A stretch of 64,000 bases of DNA. It comes from Dehalococcoidia bacterium. Its GTDB lineage: Bacteria > Chloroflexota > Dehalococcoidia > GIF9 > UBA5629. This document shows, piece after piece, positions 46,459-55,989 of the stretch. The translations under genes were made by a program, and so were the position numbers. Within the stretch, counting starts at the first letter, position 1, and every line of letters starts with the position of its first letter. The stretch spans positions 64,395-128,394 of the forward strand of contig DAOTWF010000002.1 in assembly GCA_034435835.1 (NCBI GenBank), read 5' to 3'. The notes below the pieces were generated by a model that was not told the DNA's origin, did not search any database, and was given only the letters and a program-made list of their open reading frames with translations.

Positions 46459-48453
46459 TTATTTTTTGAAACGCCTCTCAATCTCGGTGATAAGTTCCCA
46501 ATCAGCGCGGATCTCCTCAGGCGGCCTCACAAGCCGTGCAACACGCTTATTAACACCATCCAGAGTAACATAGGTTGCGCTAACCTCCATCCAGAGCGGT
46601 GAAGGCAATACCACGTCAGCTTGAGAAGCGATTTCCGACACAAAACTGGTTTGAACCACAAAGAACTCTACCCCATCCGGACGGGAACTCAACCCCGCCA
46701 CCTCCGCCTGGGAATCACCCAGCAACAGATACAGAGCTTTTATCGAACCGTTCTTAGACAGCTTTGAAATACTAAACTCGCCTTCATCAGCAATACCCAG
46801 ATCCCAGAGTCCAGCGCTGTTTCCACCGGGCTTCAACCACAGAGTTCTGGCACTGCGCTGCTTATCTTGACACACTGTCACTAAGTCAAAAAGCAGCGCC
46901 ACCAGCTCTGGATCCTTGTATTGTAGAATACCCTGCCCGTAGACCACAACGCATTTCCTCGCCCTGCCCAGCATGGAAGCTGCAGCCTTAAGATCATCAT
47001 GATCCAGCCCGGTGCGTTTGCATACATCCGTTGGCTTAATGTCCTTGAGGGATGTCACAAGATCTTTGATCGAAGGGGAATCAGCAGCCAGCCCCTCGTC
47101 CAAAATCACTTTTATCAGAGCCTTCAAAGCAAGAGCTTCCTTACCCTTATCAGGCCGTAACCATAACGTTGCTTGATAAGGAAAACCATTCTCCGCCGGA
47201 TCGAACACAATTAGGTTTGCCCTTCTCCGTCTGATGGCACGAACCATATACGAGCCGGCGACCGGATGGGTTTTTAGGGGATGAGCACCAACCACAAAGA
47301 TACAATCGGCGTCCAGAACCTCTTCAAGGGAAGAAATCTCCACATCCTTCAAACGCTTTTTGGCCTGGGAAGATTGTAATACTTGCCTGACAAGTCTGAA
47401 ATAATCACCGTCCAAGCTATCCACTTGCTTGCTGCCCACTGTTAGTGTAAGAAAATCCTTAAAAGCTTTAGCGGACTCGTTGCTGAGCTGACTTGAGACA
47501 ATACCGGCTATGCTGCTAGGGCCGTGGCGTGCCTTCGTCTCCCTCAGCCTTGCGGATACCAGATCTAGCGCTTCGGTCAAGGAGCAGGGCTCCAACTTGC
47601 CATTTCTCCGCTGCAAAGGAGTGAGAACACGCTTAGCAACTGCCTTCGCTGGGGTGAAACGCCCCCTATCACAGAGAAGACCACGTGGTTTTGTCAGGTC
47701 GGGACTATCGACTTTCACCACCCGATTGTCCTTAATGTATGCCCTGACCTCACATCCAATACCGCATATCGGGCAAACGCTCATCACCTGTTCACATTCT
47801 GAGACTCTGCCTTTATAGGCACTCGCTTTGGAAAAGATAGCTCCTGTGGGGCAGACCTGGAAACAAGCCCCACAAGATATACACGAAGACTCCCCTAGCG
47901 GCTGTCCTAGATCAGCGACCACCTTGTCTCTCCAGCCACGGTAACCGAAATCCAGAGTGTGTATACCGGCAAATTCGTCGCATGCCCTTATGCAACGTCC
48001 ACAAAGAATACAACGATTGTGGTCAACAACGATATACTTATTTACCGAGTCTACTGGCAGCGAGGGCCAAGATAACGGATAGCGCAAGCTGTCCATCTGG
48101 TAGTGATAAGCTAGAGCCTGCAGTTCACACTCCCCGCTTGCCACACATTGTGCACAGAGATGGTTCTTCTCAGTGAACATCAACTCGAGGATTAGACGGC
48201 GGTATTTTTCCAGCCTTTCGGAGTGGGTCTGCACTACCAGACCATCGCGTGCTGGATAGGTACACGCTGGCATAGGGCGCCTCTCCCCTTCTATCTCCAC
48301 CAAACAGAGCCTGCAAGCAGCAACATCGGTTAAGCCATCATAATGGCAAAGTGTCGGCAAATCGATACCATTCGCTCTGCAGATCTCAAGGATGGTGAGT
48401 CCCTCGCCTCCTCTAACTTGTTTACCATTGATAGTAAGAGTTATCTCAGCCAT
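46459..48453 (-). CDS. HoxU-position subunit of NuoG/FdhA-like type ([2Fe-2S], [4Fe-4S] clusters plus a truncated, apparently cofactor-less molybdopterin-oxidoreductase-like domain)
   Basis: 664 aa. Contains CHYDGL...CRLCLVEI, NHLCAQCVASGECELQ, CILCGRCIRAC, CISCGACFQVCPTGA and CPICGIGCEV. I saw no Cys/Sec active-site motif in the molybdopterin-like part. Confidence 0.8.
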   Translation of the reverse strand: MAEITLTINGKQVRGGEGLTILEICRANGIDLPTLCHYDGLTDVAACRLCLVEIEGERRPMPACTYPARDGLVVQTHSERLEKYRRLILELMFTEKNHLCAQCVASGECELQALAYHYQMDSLRYPLSWPSLPVDSVNKYIVVDHNRCILCGRCIRACDEFAGIHTLDFGYRGWRDKVVADLGQPLGESSCISCGACFQVCPTGAIFSKASAYKGRVSECEQVMSVCPICGIGCEVRAYIKDNRVVKVDSPDLTKPRGLLCDRGRFTPAKAVAKRVLTPLQRRNGKLEPCSLTEALDLVSARLRETKARHGPSSIAGIVSSQLSNESAKAFKDFLTLTVGSKQVDSLDGDYFRLVRQVLQSSQAKKRLKDVEISSLEEVLDADCIFVVGAHPLKTHPVAGSYMVRAIRRRRANLIVFDPAENGFPYQATLWLRPDKGKEALALKALIKVILDEGLAADSPSIKDLVTSLKDIKPTDVCKRTGLDHDDLKAAASMLGRARKCVVVYGQGILQYKDPELVALLFDLVTVCQDKQRSARTLWLKPGGNSAGLWDLGIADEGEFSISKLSKNGSIKALYLLLGDSQAEVAGLSSRPDGVEFFVVQTSFVSEIASQADVVLPSPLWMEVSATYVTLDGVNKRVARLVRPPEEIRADWELITEIERRFKK

Positions 48454-48455
48454 TG

Positions 48456-51400
48456 TTATTCTCCTACCTCAAGATCACATCTCAGACACCTTCCGGCTTC
48501 CCGTCGGGCTTCTTCCTCAGTAAGCGGGAGCTCGATTTCCTCAAAGCTCCGTCGCCTCTTTTCCACAGGAAGCGTTGGTGCCTCAGAACGGGGCTGCTCT
48601 TTCCATATCTCCTTCGCTACATCGATGGGCAGCTCTTCAGCAAGCTGGGCTTTGGGTTTAAGTTCATGTAGTTCTACTCTTGATGTATCCCCTCTGAAAT
48701 ACTTATCTATTGCTATGGCAGCCCTCCTGCCATCGGCGATGGCATAAATCACCATATCCGGACCCCTGACAAAGTCACCGCCAGCAAAAATGCCGGAAAT
48801 ATTGGTAGCCAGAGTATTAGGGTCAACACGAAGCCTGTCCCATTCTGTCCGCTCCAGCCGACTGTCTGGCGGTAAGAAGGAAAGGTCTGGCGCCTGTCCC
48901 ACAGCAGCAATAACAGCGTCCGCCTCAACCACGAATTCAGAACCCGGGATGGGAACCGGCCTGCGGCGCCCGCTGGCATCGACATCGCCAAGCTGCATAC
49001 GGACACACTGTAGACCGGTCACCTTCCAGTTTTCACTCAGTATCCTTACCGGGTTCACAAGGAAATTGACCTTAACCCCCTCAGCAATTGCCCCTTCATA
49101 CTCCACCTCAGACACCGGCATCTCTTCTCGTGTGCGACGGTAGTAGATATTAACCTCCTCTGCTCCCAGTCTGAGAGCGGCACGCGCTGAGTCTATAGCG
49201 ACATTTCCACCACCGATAACCGCTACCCTCCTCTCAATCTTCGTTTGCCGCCCAATCTTGACATCGCGGAGGAATGTCAGACCGTAATATAGGCCGCTCA
49301 ACCCCTCGATTTCACCCGGGATTCCCATTCGCTGACTTTTTTGTGCCCCGGCAGCGATAAACACAGCTTCATAACCGCTCTGCAAAAGGTGTCTGACTCT
49401 GAAGTTCTCGTTTATCGGCGTGCTATACCTTATTTCCACTCCCCGTTTGGCTATGTAGTCGATCTCTTGCTCGATGACCTTGCGCGGCAAACGGAACTCG
49501 GGTATAGCCACCGCTAGCATACCACCACCCACGGGCAGCGCCTCAAAGACCGTTACCCCGTATCCCATCTGCGCTAGAAAATAGGCACAGCTGAGACCTG
49601 TCGGACCAGCTCCAACTATAGCCACTTTCTGCGGCTTCGTTCTGGAGAAGGGCTGGGGCGGTGAAACCTTATCCAGATTGTCAAAATACCAGTCGGCTGC
49701 AAACCGCTTAAGTGCCCTGATTGCCATGGATGAGTCTATGTCCTTGCGCCGGCACTTGTACTCACAGGGATGGTGGCATATCCTCCCGCATATTGCTGGA
49801 AACGGGTTCCGTTCTCTAATGGTCTCCACCGCCTCCAGGTACTCCCCGGCAGCTATATGAGCAATATACTTTGGTATATTAATACCCACCGGGCAGGTGT
49901 GCTGACAGGGCGATGGAAACAGCGCCTGACAGACTGCTGCTGGACACCTCTTGTCCATAATGTGGGCTTCATATTCCTCACGGAAATGTCGTATTGTGGT
50001 GAGCACGGGATTAGGAGCTGTCTGACCTAGGCCACACAGAGAGGCTGAACTTATCATCTCTGCAAGCTCTTGAATAATTGCTAAGTCGTCTGTCGTGCCC
50101 TCACCGTTGGTTATCTTGGTCAATAGCTCCAGCATTTTGGGGACGCCGGCACGACACGGGGTACACTTGCCACATGATTCGTCCCTGGTAAACTGGAGGA
50201 AAAACTTAGCAACGTCGACCATGCAGCTGTCCTCGTCCATCACCACCAAGCCACCAGATCCCATTATTGCACCCAACGAAGTTACCGCCTCGTAGTCAAC
50301 AGGTGTGTTAATGTGCTGTGTGGGGATCACACCCCCAGAGGGACCACCTATTTGCACCGCTTTAAATCTTCTGCCCTCGGGCACACCACCACCAATATCG
50401 AAAACGATCTTCGCTAAACTGGTTCCCAGAGGCACTTCGACCAGTCCCGTGTTGTTGATCTTACCTACCAGGCTGAAAGTCTTGGTTCCTTTGCTGCGTT
50501 CTGTGCCCACACTGGTAAACCAGTCTGCTCCGTTCAATATGATTGACGGCACATTTGACCATGTCTCTACATTATTGATAGTAGTAGGCTTACCAAATAG
50601 CCCTTTGTTAGCCGGAAATGGCGGGCGCTGTCTCGGATTGCCACGCTTTCCTTCAATAGATATTAACAGTGCAGTCTCCTCACCACAGACAAAAGCACCG
50701 GCTCCAGGGAAAATGTCTATGTCAAACTCGAAGCCAGTGCCGAGGATGTTCTTACCTAAAAGACCATACTGACGAGCTTGCTCTATGGCATGACTCAGTG
50801 TTTCAATCGCTAGAGGATACTCCGCCCTTACATAGGCATAGCCCTGGCGCACGTTGCCTATAGCATAAGCACCAATCACCATACCCTCAACGACTGAGTG
50901 AGGGTTGCCTTCCAGAACCGAGCGATTCATATAGGCACCTGGATCGCCCTCATCGCCATTGCACACCACGAACTTCTCATCTCCGGGCGCGTTACGGACA
51001 AATCTCCACTTTGTCGCCGTGGGGAAACCAGCACCACCACGTCCTCTCAAACCAGCTCGTCTAATCTCCTCTATAACATCTTCAGGACTCATTTGAGTCA
51101 AAACCTTTGCTAGCGCAAAGTAGCCATCTCTAGCAATATATTCTTCGATAGACCAAGGATCGATAAAACCGTTATTGTGAAGCACTCGTCTCTCTTGAGC
51201 CGCATAAAACTTGATATCGGGATAAGCAGGAATAGTTTTGCCAGTAACAGGGTCATGGTATACAAGCCGCTCCACCACCTGCCCTTTGAGGAAATGCTCT
51301 TTTACAATCTCTACCACATCCTCAGGTTCCACCTTGGTATACAATATGTCACCAGGGTTAATTATGACTATCGGCCCCATCTCACATAGCCCGTGACAAC

Positions 51401-51635
51401 CAGTGGTTACGAGTTTTACCCTCCCCTCGATCCCATTCTCTTTTATTGCAGCTTCAAATGCCTGCGCTACACGCCCAGCCCCTGATGCTGAGCACCCGCT
51501 GGCGCGGCAAAGCCTAACCTGAATTTCAGGCGCACTGAGAATCTTAGATGAATCCCTATCCATGCGCACTTCAAAAGTGGGTAAAACCATACTTTTTATA
51601 GTTTTCAGGTCACTAATCGATGCCACTTTGATCAT
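48456..51635 (-). CDS. HoxF/NuoF-like NADH-FMN subunit fused to a complete GltD/NfnB-like NAD(P)H-FAD module
   Basis: 1059 aa in one open frame. N-terminal thioredoxin-like [2Fe-2S] (CRASGC...GCHGLC). NuoF core (GLRGRGGAGFPT, VVCNGDEGDPGAY, GAFVCGEETALL, ESCGKCTPCR). From about nt 49925 downward comes the GltD-like part (CQHTCPVG, CGRICHHPCEYKC, VAIVGAGPTGLSCAYFL, AIPEFRLP, VAVIGGGNVAIDSA), ending in RCLRCD. Confidence 0.85.
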   Translation of the reverse strand: MIKVASISDLKTIKSMVLPTFEVRMDRDSSKILSAPEIQVRLCRASGCSASGAGRVAQAFEAAIKENGIEGRVKLVTTGCHGLCEMGPIVIINPGDILYTKVEPEDVVEIVKEHFLKGQVVERLVYHDPVTGKTIPAYPDIKFYAAQERRVLHNNGFIDPWSIEEYIARDGYFALAKVLTQMSPEDVIEEIRRAGLRGRGGAGFPTATKWRFVRNAPGDEKFVVCNGDEGDPGAYMNRSVLEGNPHSVVEGMVIGAYAIGNVRQGYAYVRAEYPLAIETLSHAIEQARQYGLLGKNILGTGFEFDIDIFPGAGAFVCGEETALLISIEGKRGNPRQRPPFPANKGLFGKPTTINNVETWSNVPSIILNGADWFTSVGTERSKGTKTFSLVGKINNTGLVEVPLGTSLAKIVFDIGGGVPEGRRFKAVQIGGPSGGVIPTQHINTPVDYEAVTSLGAIMGSGGLVVMDEDSCMVDVAKFFLQFTRDESCGKCTPCRAGVPKMLELLTKITNGEGTTDDLAIIQELAEMISSASLCGLGQTAPNPVLTTIRHFREEYEAHIMDKRCPAAVCQALFPSPCQHTCPVGINIPKYIAHIAAGEYLEAVETIRERNPFPAICGRICHHPCEYKCRRKDIDSSMAIRALKRFAADWYFDNLDKVSPPQPFSRTKPQKVAIVGAGPTGLSCAYFLAQMGYGVTVFEALPVGGGMLAVAIPEFRLPRKVIEQEIDYIAKRGVEIRYSTPINENFRVRHLLQSGYEAVFIAAGAQKSQRMGIPGEIEGLSGLYYGLTFLRDVKIGRQTKIERRVAVIGGGNVAIDSARAALRLGAEEVNIYYRRTREEMPVSEVEYEGAIAEGVKVNFLVNPVRILSENWKVTGLQCVRMQLGDVDASGRRRPVPIPGSEFVVEADAVIAAVGQAPDLSFLPPDSRLERTEWDRLRVDPNTLATNISGIFAGGDFVRGPDMVIYAIADGRRAAIAIDKYFRGDTSRVELHELKPKAQLAEELPIDVAKEIWKEQPRSEAPTLPVEKRRRSFEEIELPLTEEEARREAGRCLRCDLEVGE

Positions 51636-51651
51636 TTGGCTTCCCCTTCGA

Positions 51652-52167
51652 TTATTCGTATGAACTCAATATTTCTTTAAGTTGACTTGGCTTCACCTTC
51701 CGGTGAATATCCTGACCGACCGTTATCACAGGAGCCAATCCGCATGCACCAAGGCACCTTACAGTACTCAGCGAGAACTTGCCGTCGGCAGTGATCCCTT
51801 GCAGCTCCAAGCCGAAATCTTTTCTTAAGGATTTAAGAATCCTCTCAGCTCCCTTAACATAACAGCTTGTACCGAGACAGACTTGAATGACATATTTGCC
51901 CTTGGGAACGAGGGAGAAGAAATGATAAAAGCTGACTATACCGTAAACCTCACTAAGTGGGATTTTCATCTGACTGGCAATGACCCGCAGCATTGCTGGT
52001 GGCAAATATCCCACAATACCCTGCACCTGCTGCAGCACCCGTATAATAGCACCAGCCTTACCGGAATTCTCCTCGATGACTCTGAGTATCTGCTGCCGTG
52101 TCTCAGGGTTGATAGCCTCCTCTGGCTTGACCATTGTATTAACGGTATCCGTCTTCTGCACAGTCAC
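51652..52167 (-). CDS. hoxE: HoxE/NuoE-like thioredoxin-fold [2Fe-2S] subunit
   Basis: 171 aa. Contains VCLGTSCYVKGA and VRCLGACGLAPV. Confidence 0.85.
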   Translation of the reverse strand: MTVQKTDTVNTMVKPEEAINPETRQQILRVIEENSGKAGAIIRVLQQVQGIVGYLPPAMLRVIASQMKIPLSEVYGIVSFYHFFSLVPKGKYVIQVCLGTSCYVKGAERILKSLRKDFGLELQGITADGKFSLSTVRCLGACGLAPVITVGQDIHRKVKPSQLKEILSSYE

Positions 52168-52625
52168 CCCCTTGTCGATTTTCGGTAGACAATAGTCAAC
52201 TTAAACCCACGCCGCACTCGCAGCCCGTATACACAACACACCTTTAAATTTAGTATCCTCAAACTCACAGCGCAAATACATCGTACTTTTTGCCTAGATT
52301 TATGCCGTACTTTCAGCCACCACCCAAAATAGACAACTCCAAATCTGGACGATTCCTCAACACGTCTGGTTAGATTGTATCATATAAGCACACAGAATAA
52401 ATAGCCGAACGGCATGATGAGGCAAATAAAAGGATATACCAGTCCAGTTACGCCGGCACTCGAGCCAGGATCTATAGGAGAGACCAACACTAGGAACAAA
52501 CAGCAGATCACATTGGAAGAATACCGGACTCTTATTCGAGAAAAAAGACCCTATCCTGGCTCTGCAACAACTCCTTATCTGTTATCGAACATAACGCCCG
52601 ATTTTGTGGGGTTGTGCTCATTAGG

Positions 52626-52832
52626 TCAACTCCTCGATAGAATAAAGCCAGCAACAAAGGCGATTGCAAGAAAGACTGCAAATATGATGGAAGCAGTCTC
52701 AATTGAAATTTTCAAAACTTTCTTTTTAGCCATAAAGTGGCGAGAGTATTCGCCATAAGTAATCAAGAAAGCCATCAGCGAGGCAACTAAGCCGAACGCA
52801 AATCCCATTATTACCAAAAAAGTGAATATCAT
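52626..52832 (-). CDS. Small two-TM membrane protein, translationally coupled to the dynamin-like gene
   Basis: 68 aa with two hydrophobic helices. Its ATG overlaps the upstream stop (ATGA). Confidence 0.5.
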   Translation of the reverse strand: MIFTFLVIMGFAFGLVASLMAFLITYGEYSRHFMAKKKVLKISIETASIIFAVFLAIAFVAGFILSRS

Positions 52833-54638
52833 TGCCGATCAAGCACCTTTTGAATTTCTTGAAGCTTGACCTCAAATGCATTGAGCTTCTCGAGTTCCTC
52901 ATTTATGCTATCAGCTTTCTGTATCCGCCGAGTTTGAGCTTCTTCAATGGCACCGCGGGTAGCACTGGCCAGCTCTTTTAGTTCTTTGTCGAGACCAAGA
53001 GAAAATCGATAAAAGGTATCTTTGATGTTTTGTTTTGTTTCCCACTGCAGGTTGCTGACGTTACGCAACACTATGGCTTCTATGTCCTGCTGCAGCCACT
53101 TCTTGATTCGGCGCAGAGCCACGCGGGGAGGAAGCAGCCACTCAAATATACCTCTTGGGATAGGACTCATGGCAACACTCCAGTTCTCGGTCACCCAGTA
53201 TGGCTCATGGCGTATCTCCAGTGTTTCTGAGCTTACACTAAGTGCAAAAGGTATATCGAAGAGATCTGCTGCCGTCCTCCGTATAATGTCAGCCAGAGCC
53301 TTAGCCTTTTCCTGATGGTTACTGAGCATTTCCTTAGTGTAATTATCAAGCAACTGCCTAGCTCTAGCTAGGCTTCCTTCAAACAAGCCTGGAATTGCCT
53401 CAGCTAATTGGTTTCGTGCCGTCTCATCCATAGATCTGAATACCACACGCGATTGCCAGATTGTCTTCAATGATTGGAGATAATCTGGATTTGGCCTCTC
53501 GAATTATCTTTGTGCACTCTTGATCCAGCGTTTCTATCGAGCGTTCCTTGTCACCCTTAAGTACATCTTGAGCCAATTGGTGCTGGTGCTCGACCTCCTC
53601 CAATTTTTGATTGAATACCACCAGGCAGCGCTCCAAATCTTCCATGGGAAGTGTGAGCGAACGCCTTTTCAGGTGCAGATGCAACAGGGCGTCTGCCAAG
53701 ATATCCATATATAGCCTGTTTAAGGACTTGTATCTTCCCTCAGCTAGAAACTTGACCAGATAGTTCTCTATATCAGACATCCCGCTACTTGCCCACAAGC
53801 GGTTATTCCCTTCAGCCTCGCCTCTAAGCCTTGGCGTGCCGAGATTGTAAAAATTGTCTCATGGCCATGAAATTGTAACTGCTCTCTAAGAACTGTTTGG
53901 AAAAATTCAATGGCTGCTCGGCGTTCGCCCTCATTGAGATAGTCTGCCTTGTTCATGATGAAAAAGACCCGGGCTGCTCTGTCACGAATTGCTTCCAGGA
54001 ATTCTATTTCTGCCTGAATTATGGGCGGGTCTGCCGAGACTACAAACAAAGCCCCGTCACATTGGGGTAAGAAGTTGAGTGTAACCCCGGTATTGTGTTG
54101 GGAGGTGGAGCCGATGCCCGGAGTATCAATAAGCACGACCCCGTTTTGCAGCAATTGAGAAGGATGGGCAACTTCAACACGCGACACGCCCAGATAATTC
54201 TTAGGGTTGCCTTCTTCGGTTACGTATTTGGTTAGAAATGCGTTTAATTCCTGCACATTTTCTGAATCACATTCTTCGATATGACCATCCAGAAAAATGA
54301 CCTTAATAATGCGTTTGGAACCAAATGACAGAAATATGGGGACTTGAGGTAGGCGGGATCACCGCTGCCGGGAGCAAGTCTTCTCCCAGAAGGGCGTTTA
54401 GCGGAGTGCTCTTACCTCGTTTAAACTGGCCAAGCACCGCCAGATTAAAGCGAGCCGACGTAAGCCGGCTTTCTAACCCATGGATGCGGTTTTGCTCGGG
54501 CGCAAACTCCTCGCCTAACTCACCAAGTAGCTTCTGAGTATGTCGAAGAACAACAAGAAGTTCCTGAGCATTGTCTTCCTGACAGGCTCCTGTTATGCAC
54601 GTAGTCTTTCCTGCCATCTCCTGTTTTTTATCGCTCAT
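52829..54638 (-). pseudogene. Bacterial dynamin-like GTPase, disrupted by three frameshifts
   Basis: Four consecutive ORFs (54303-54662, 53768-54256, 53424-53798, 52829-53470) together read as one protein of about 600 aa. G1 is GQFKRGKST, G3 is VLIDTPG, G4 is MNKAD, followed by a long helical stalk. Frame changes lie near 54341-54346, 53808-53815 and 53441-53455. Likely start is the ATG at 54638, behind AAGGAGA. Confidence 0.75.
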
Positions 54639-54648
54639 AGAGGTCTCC

Positions 54649-55509
54649 TTACAAAATTCCAATCCACCTTAAGATAGAAACTGCGTAAAAGGTATATTCC
54701 AGGGTAGGGATGCCCATAATGCCAGCTCTGGCAAAACCACCATTTTGCCTCTGACATTCTAGGACAAACTCAGTAATCCTGCCCGGGGAATTGGGCTTCT
54801 CACCCAGGTTGGTAAGACCCCCGACCAGCCAGAACAGGTCCTCAATGAAGTGCACCAGCCAATGATATTCTCTCCGTTTAAGGTAAGCCCTAGTACCTTC
54901 CAAATTCTTAATATCTGTTGCCAGCAACTTATGGATTTCTGTGGCATAGAACGTTGACGCCAGAGTTGAATGCCCGCTCTCACCATACCCTCCATTGTGG
55001 TTCAAAAAGCTGGAAACGAAGCTAGCAATCGCCTGCTCATCAAATTTAGCGCCGATTGACTTCAGTATACTTACAGCACGGTAAGTCTCCTCCAACTCCG
55101 AAGGTACTTCAACGTAAATATTTTCCGTGGCACCAAAGCCTCCTGCCTTGTTCCGGTGTACTGCTATGTGATCCTGAGCGTATTCCCTGATGTCATCGGT
55201 TATTTCCCCAAGTTCTTTCACGACCTCGACTGCATTGAAGATGCCTGTGATACCGTTAAGAGTACCTTGTTTTATTTGCCTTAGGAAAAAGTTAACCACA
55301 GCCTCAGGGTTGTGGGGTTTCACACCCAAGAGGGCAAGGCTCTTTACAGCGAAGTAAGTATCCGTACCGCTGGAAGGTTGGATACGCGCAAAGAAATACC
55401 CCCCGTCTTCCAGTTGACACTTTTCTATGTAGGCGACTATTCTCTGGCGAAAGGAATCGTCCAGCCTATAAGAAGCCTCACTCTCTTTCACCAAATGTTT
55501 CTGCTGCAT
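54649..55509 (-). CDS. Prenyltransferase/squalene-cyclase-repeat (alpha/alpha-toroid) protein
   Basis: 286 aa. Four repeats end in Gly-aromatic motifs (EDGGYFF, KAGGFGA, HNGGYGE, QNGGFAR), typical of terpenoid cyclase / protein prenyltransferase beta-subunit repeats. Confidence 0.65.
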   Translation of the reverse strand: MQQKHLVKESEASYRLDDSFRQRIVAYIEKCQLEDGGYFFARIQPSSGTDTYFAVKSLALLGVKPHNPEAVVNFFLRQIKQGTLNGITGIFNAVEVVKELGEITDDIREYAQDHIAVHRNKAGGFGATENIYVEVPSELEETYRAVSILKSIGAKFDEQAIASFVSSFLNHNGGYGESGHSTLASTFYATEIHKLLATDIKNLEGTRAYLKRREYHWLVHFIEDLFWLVGGLTNLGEKPNSPGRITEFVLECQRQNGGFARAGIMGIPTLEYTFYAVSILRWIGIL

Positions 55510-55550
55510 AAATTACGTTACCATATGTTCACAAAATATAGCTGGCCAAC

Positions 55551-55581
55551 AAAAAACCTCTACTAGTCATGCCAGTAGAGG
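55551..55581 (-). terminator. Intrinsic terminator (minus strand) downstream of tRNA-Lys
   Basis: Minus-strand stem CCTCTACT / AGTAGAGG, 9-nt loop, then TTTTTT (plus-strand AAAAAA at 55551-55556). Confidence 0.6.
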
Positions 55582-55834
55582 CTATCATCCCACCAACGGG
55601 CTTTTCGGGGATTATCCCCAGGCGAGCTTCATCGCCTTAGCTAATTGTAATATATCAGAAAAAGAATGTGCTGTAAACATATCGCTAAAAGCATAGCCGA
55701 CAGCAAAATGGGTGACTTTGTTCTGTGTCGCGCCATTTAATGCAATAACATTACCCTTCTTACGAGTAAAAATTGGGAAAGTCGGCCTTCTTGGCGGAAA
55801 TCGAAGCTAAAGAAAGGTAATAATATTAACTAAT

Positions 55835-55910
55835 TGGTAGGCCGTGCAGGAATCGAACCTGCGACACCCTGATTAAAAGTCAGGTGCTCTACCGACTGAG
55901 CTAACGGCCC
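55835..55910 (-). tRNA. tRNA-Lys (anticodon UUU)
   Basis: Manual cloverleaf on the minus strand: GGGCCGT-TA-GCTC-AGTCGGTA-GAGC-A-CCTGA-CTTTTAA-TCAGG-GTGTC-GCAGG-TTCGATT-CCTGC-ACGGCCT-A-CCA. 76 nt. Confidence 0.92.
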
Positions 55911-55989
55911 GCGATAAACATTATAGCAAGCAGCACCCAACAGAAGAAAGTAAACCGAATCGCGGAGAGAGCCAGATCTAAAGAAAATG

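Noticed and set aside
39491-48453. Selenocysteine recoding (in-frame TGA) in the Mvh/Vhu-like or FdhA-like subunits.
   Set aside because: All hydrogenase and NuoG/FdhA-like ORFs are uninterrupted. The large subunits use Cys in DPCxxC, and the FdhA-like domain shows no Cys/Sec active-site motif.
52414-52758. 114-aa plus-strand ORF in the hoxE upstream region.
   Set aside because: It overlaps the better-supported minus-strand 68-aa membrane protein gene. It has no RBS or motif, and its composition looks non-coding.
55612-55806. Stop-to-stop open frame on the minus strand between tRNA-Lys and the terminator (…RFPPRRPTFPIFTRKKGNVIALNGATQNKVTHFAVGYAFSDMF…LAWG*).
   Set aside because: It has no ATG/GTG/TTG start until very late, no RBS and no motif I recognise. 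It may be a gene remnant, but I cannot support a call.
52168-55910. Possible integrated genomic island at tRNA-Lys (accessory-looking genes directly downstream of the tRNA 3' end).
   Set aside because: There is no integrase, no transposase, and no direct repeat of the tRNA 3' end that I could spot by eye between 52168 and 55834. It is kept only as context for the dynamin-like operon finding.
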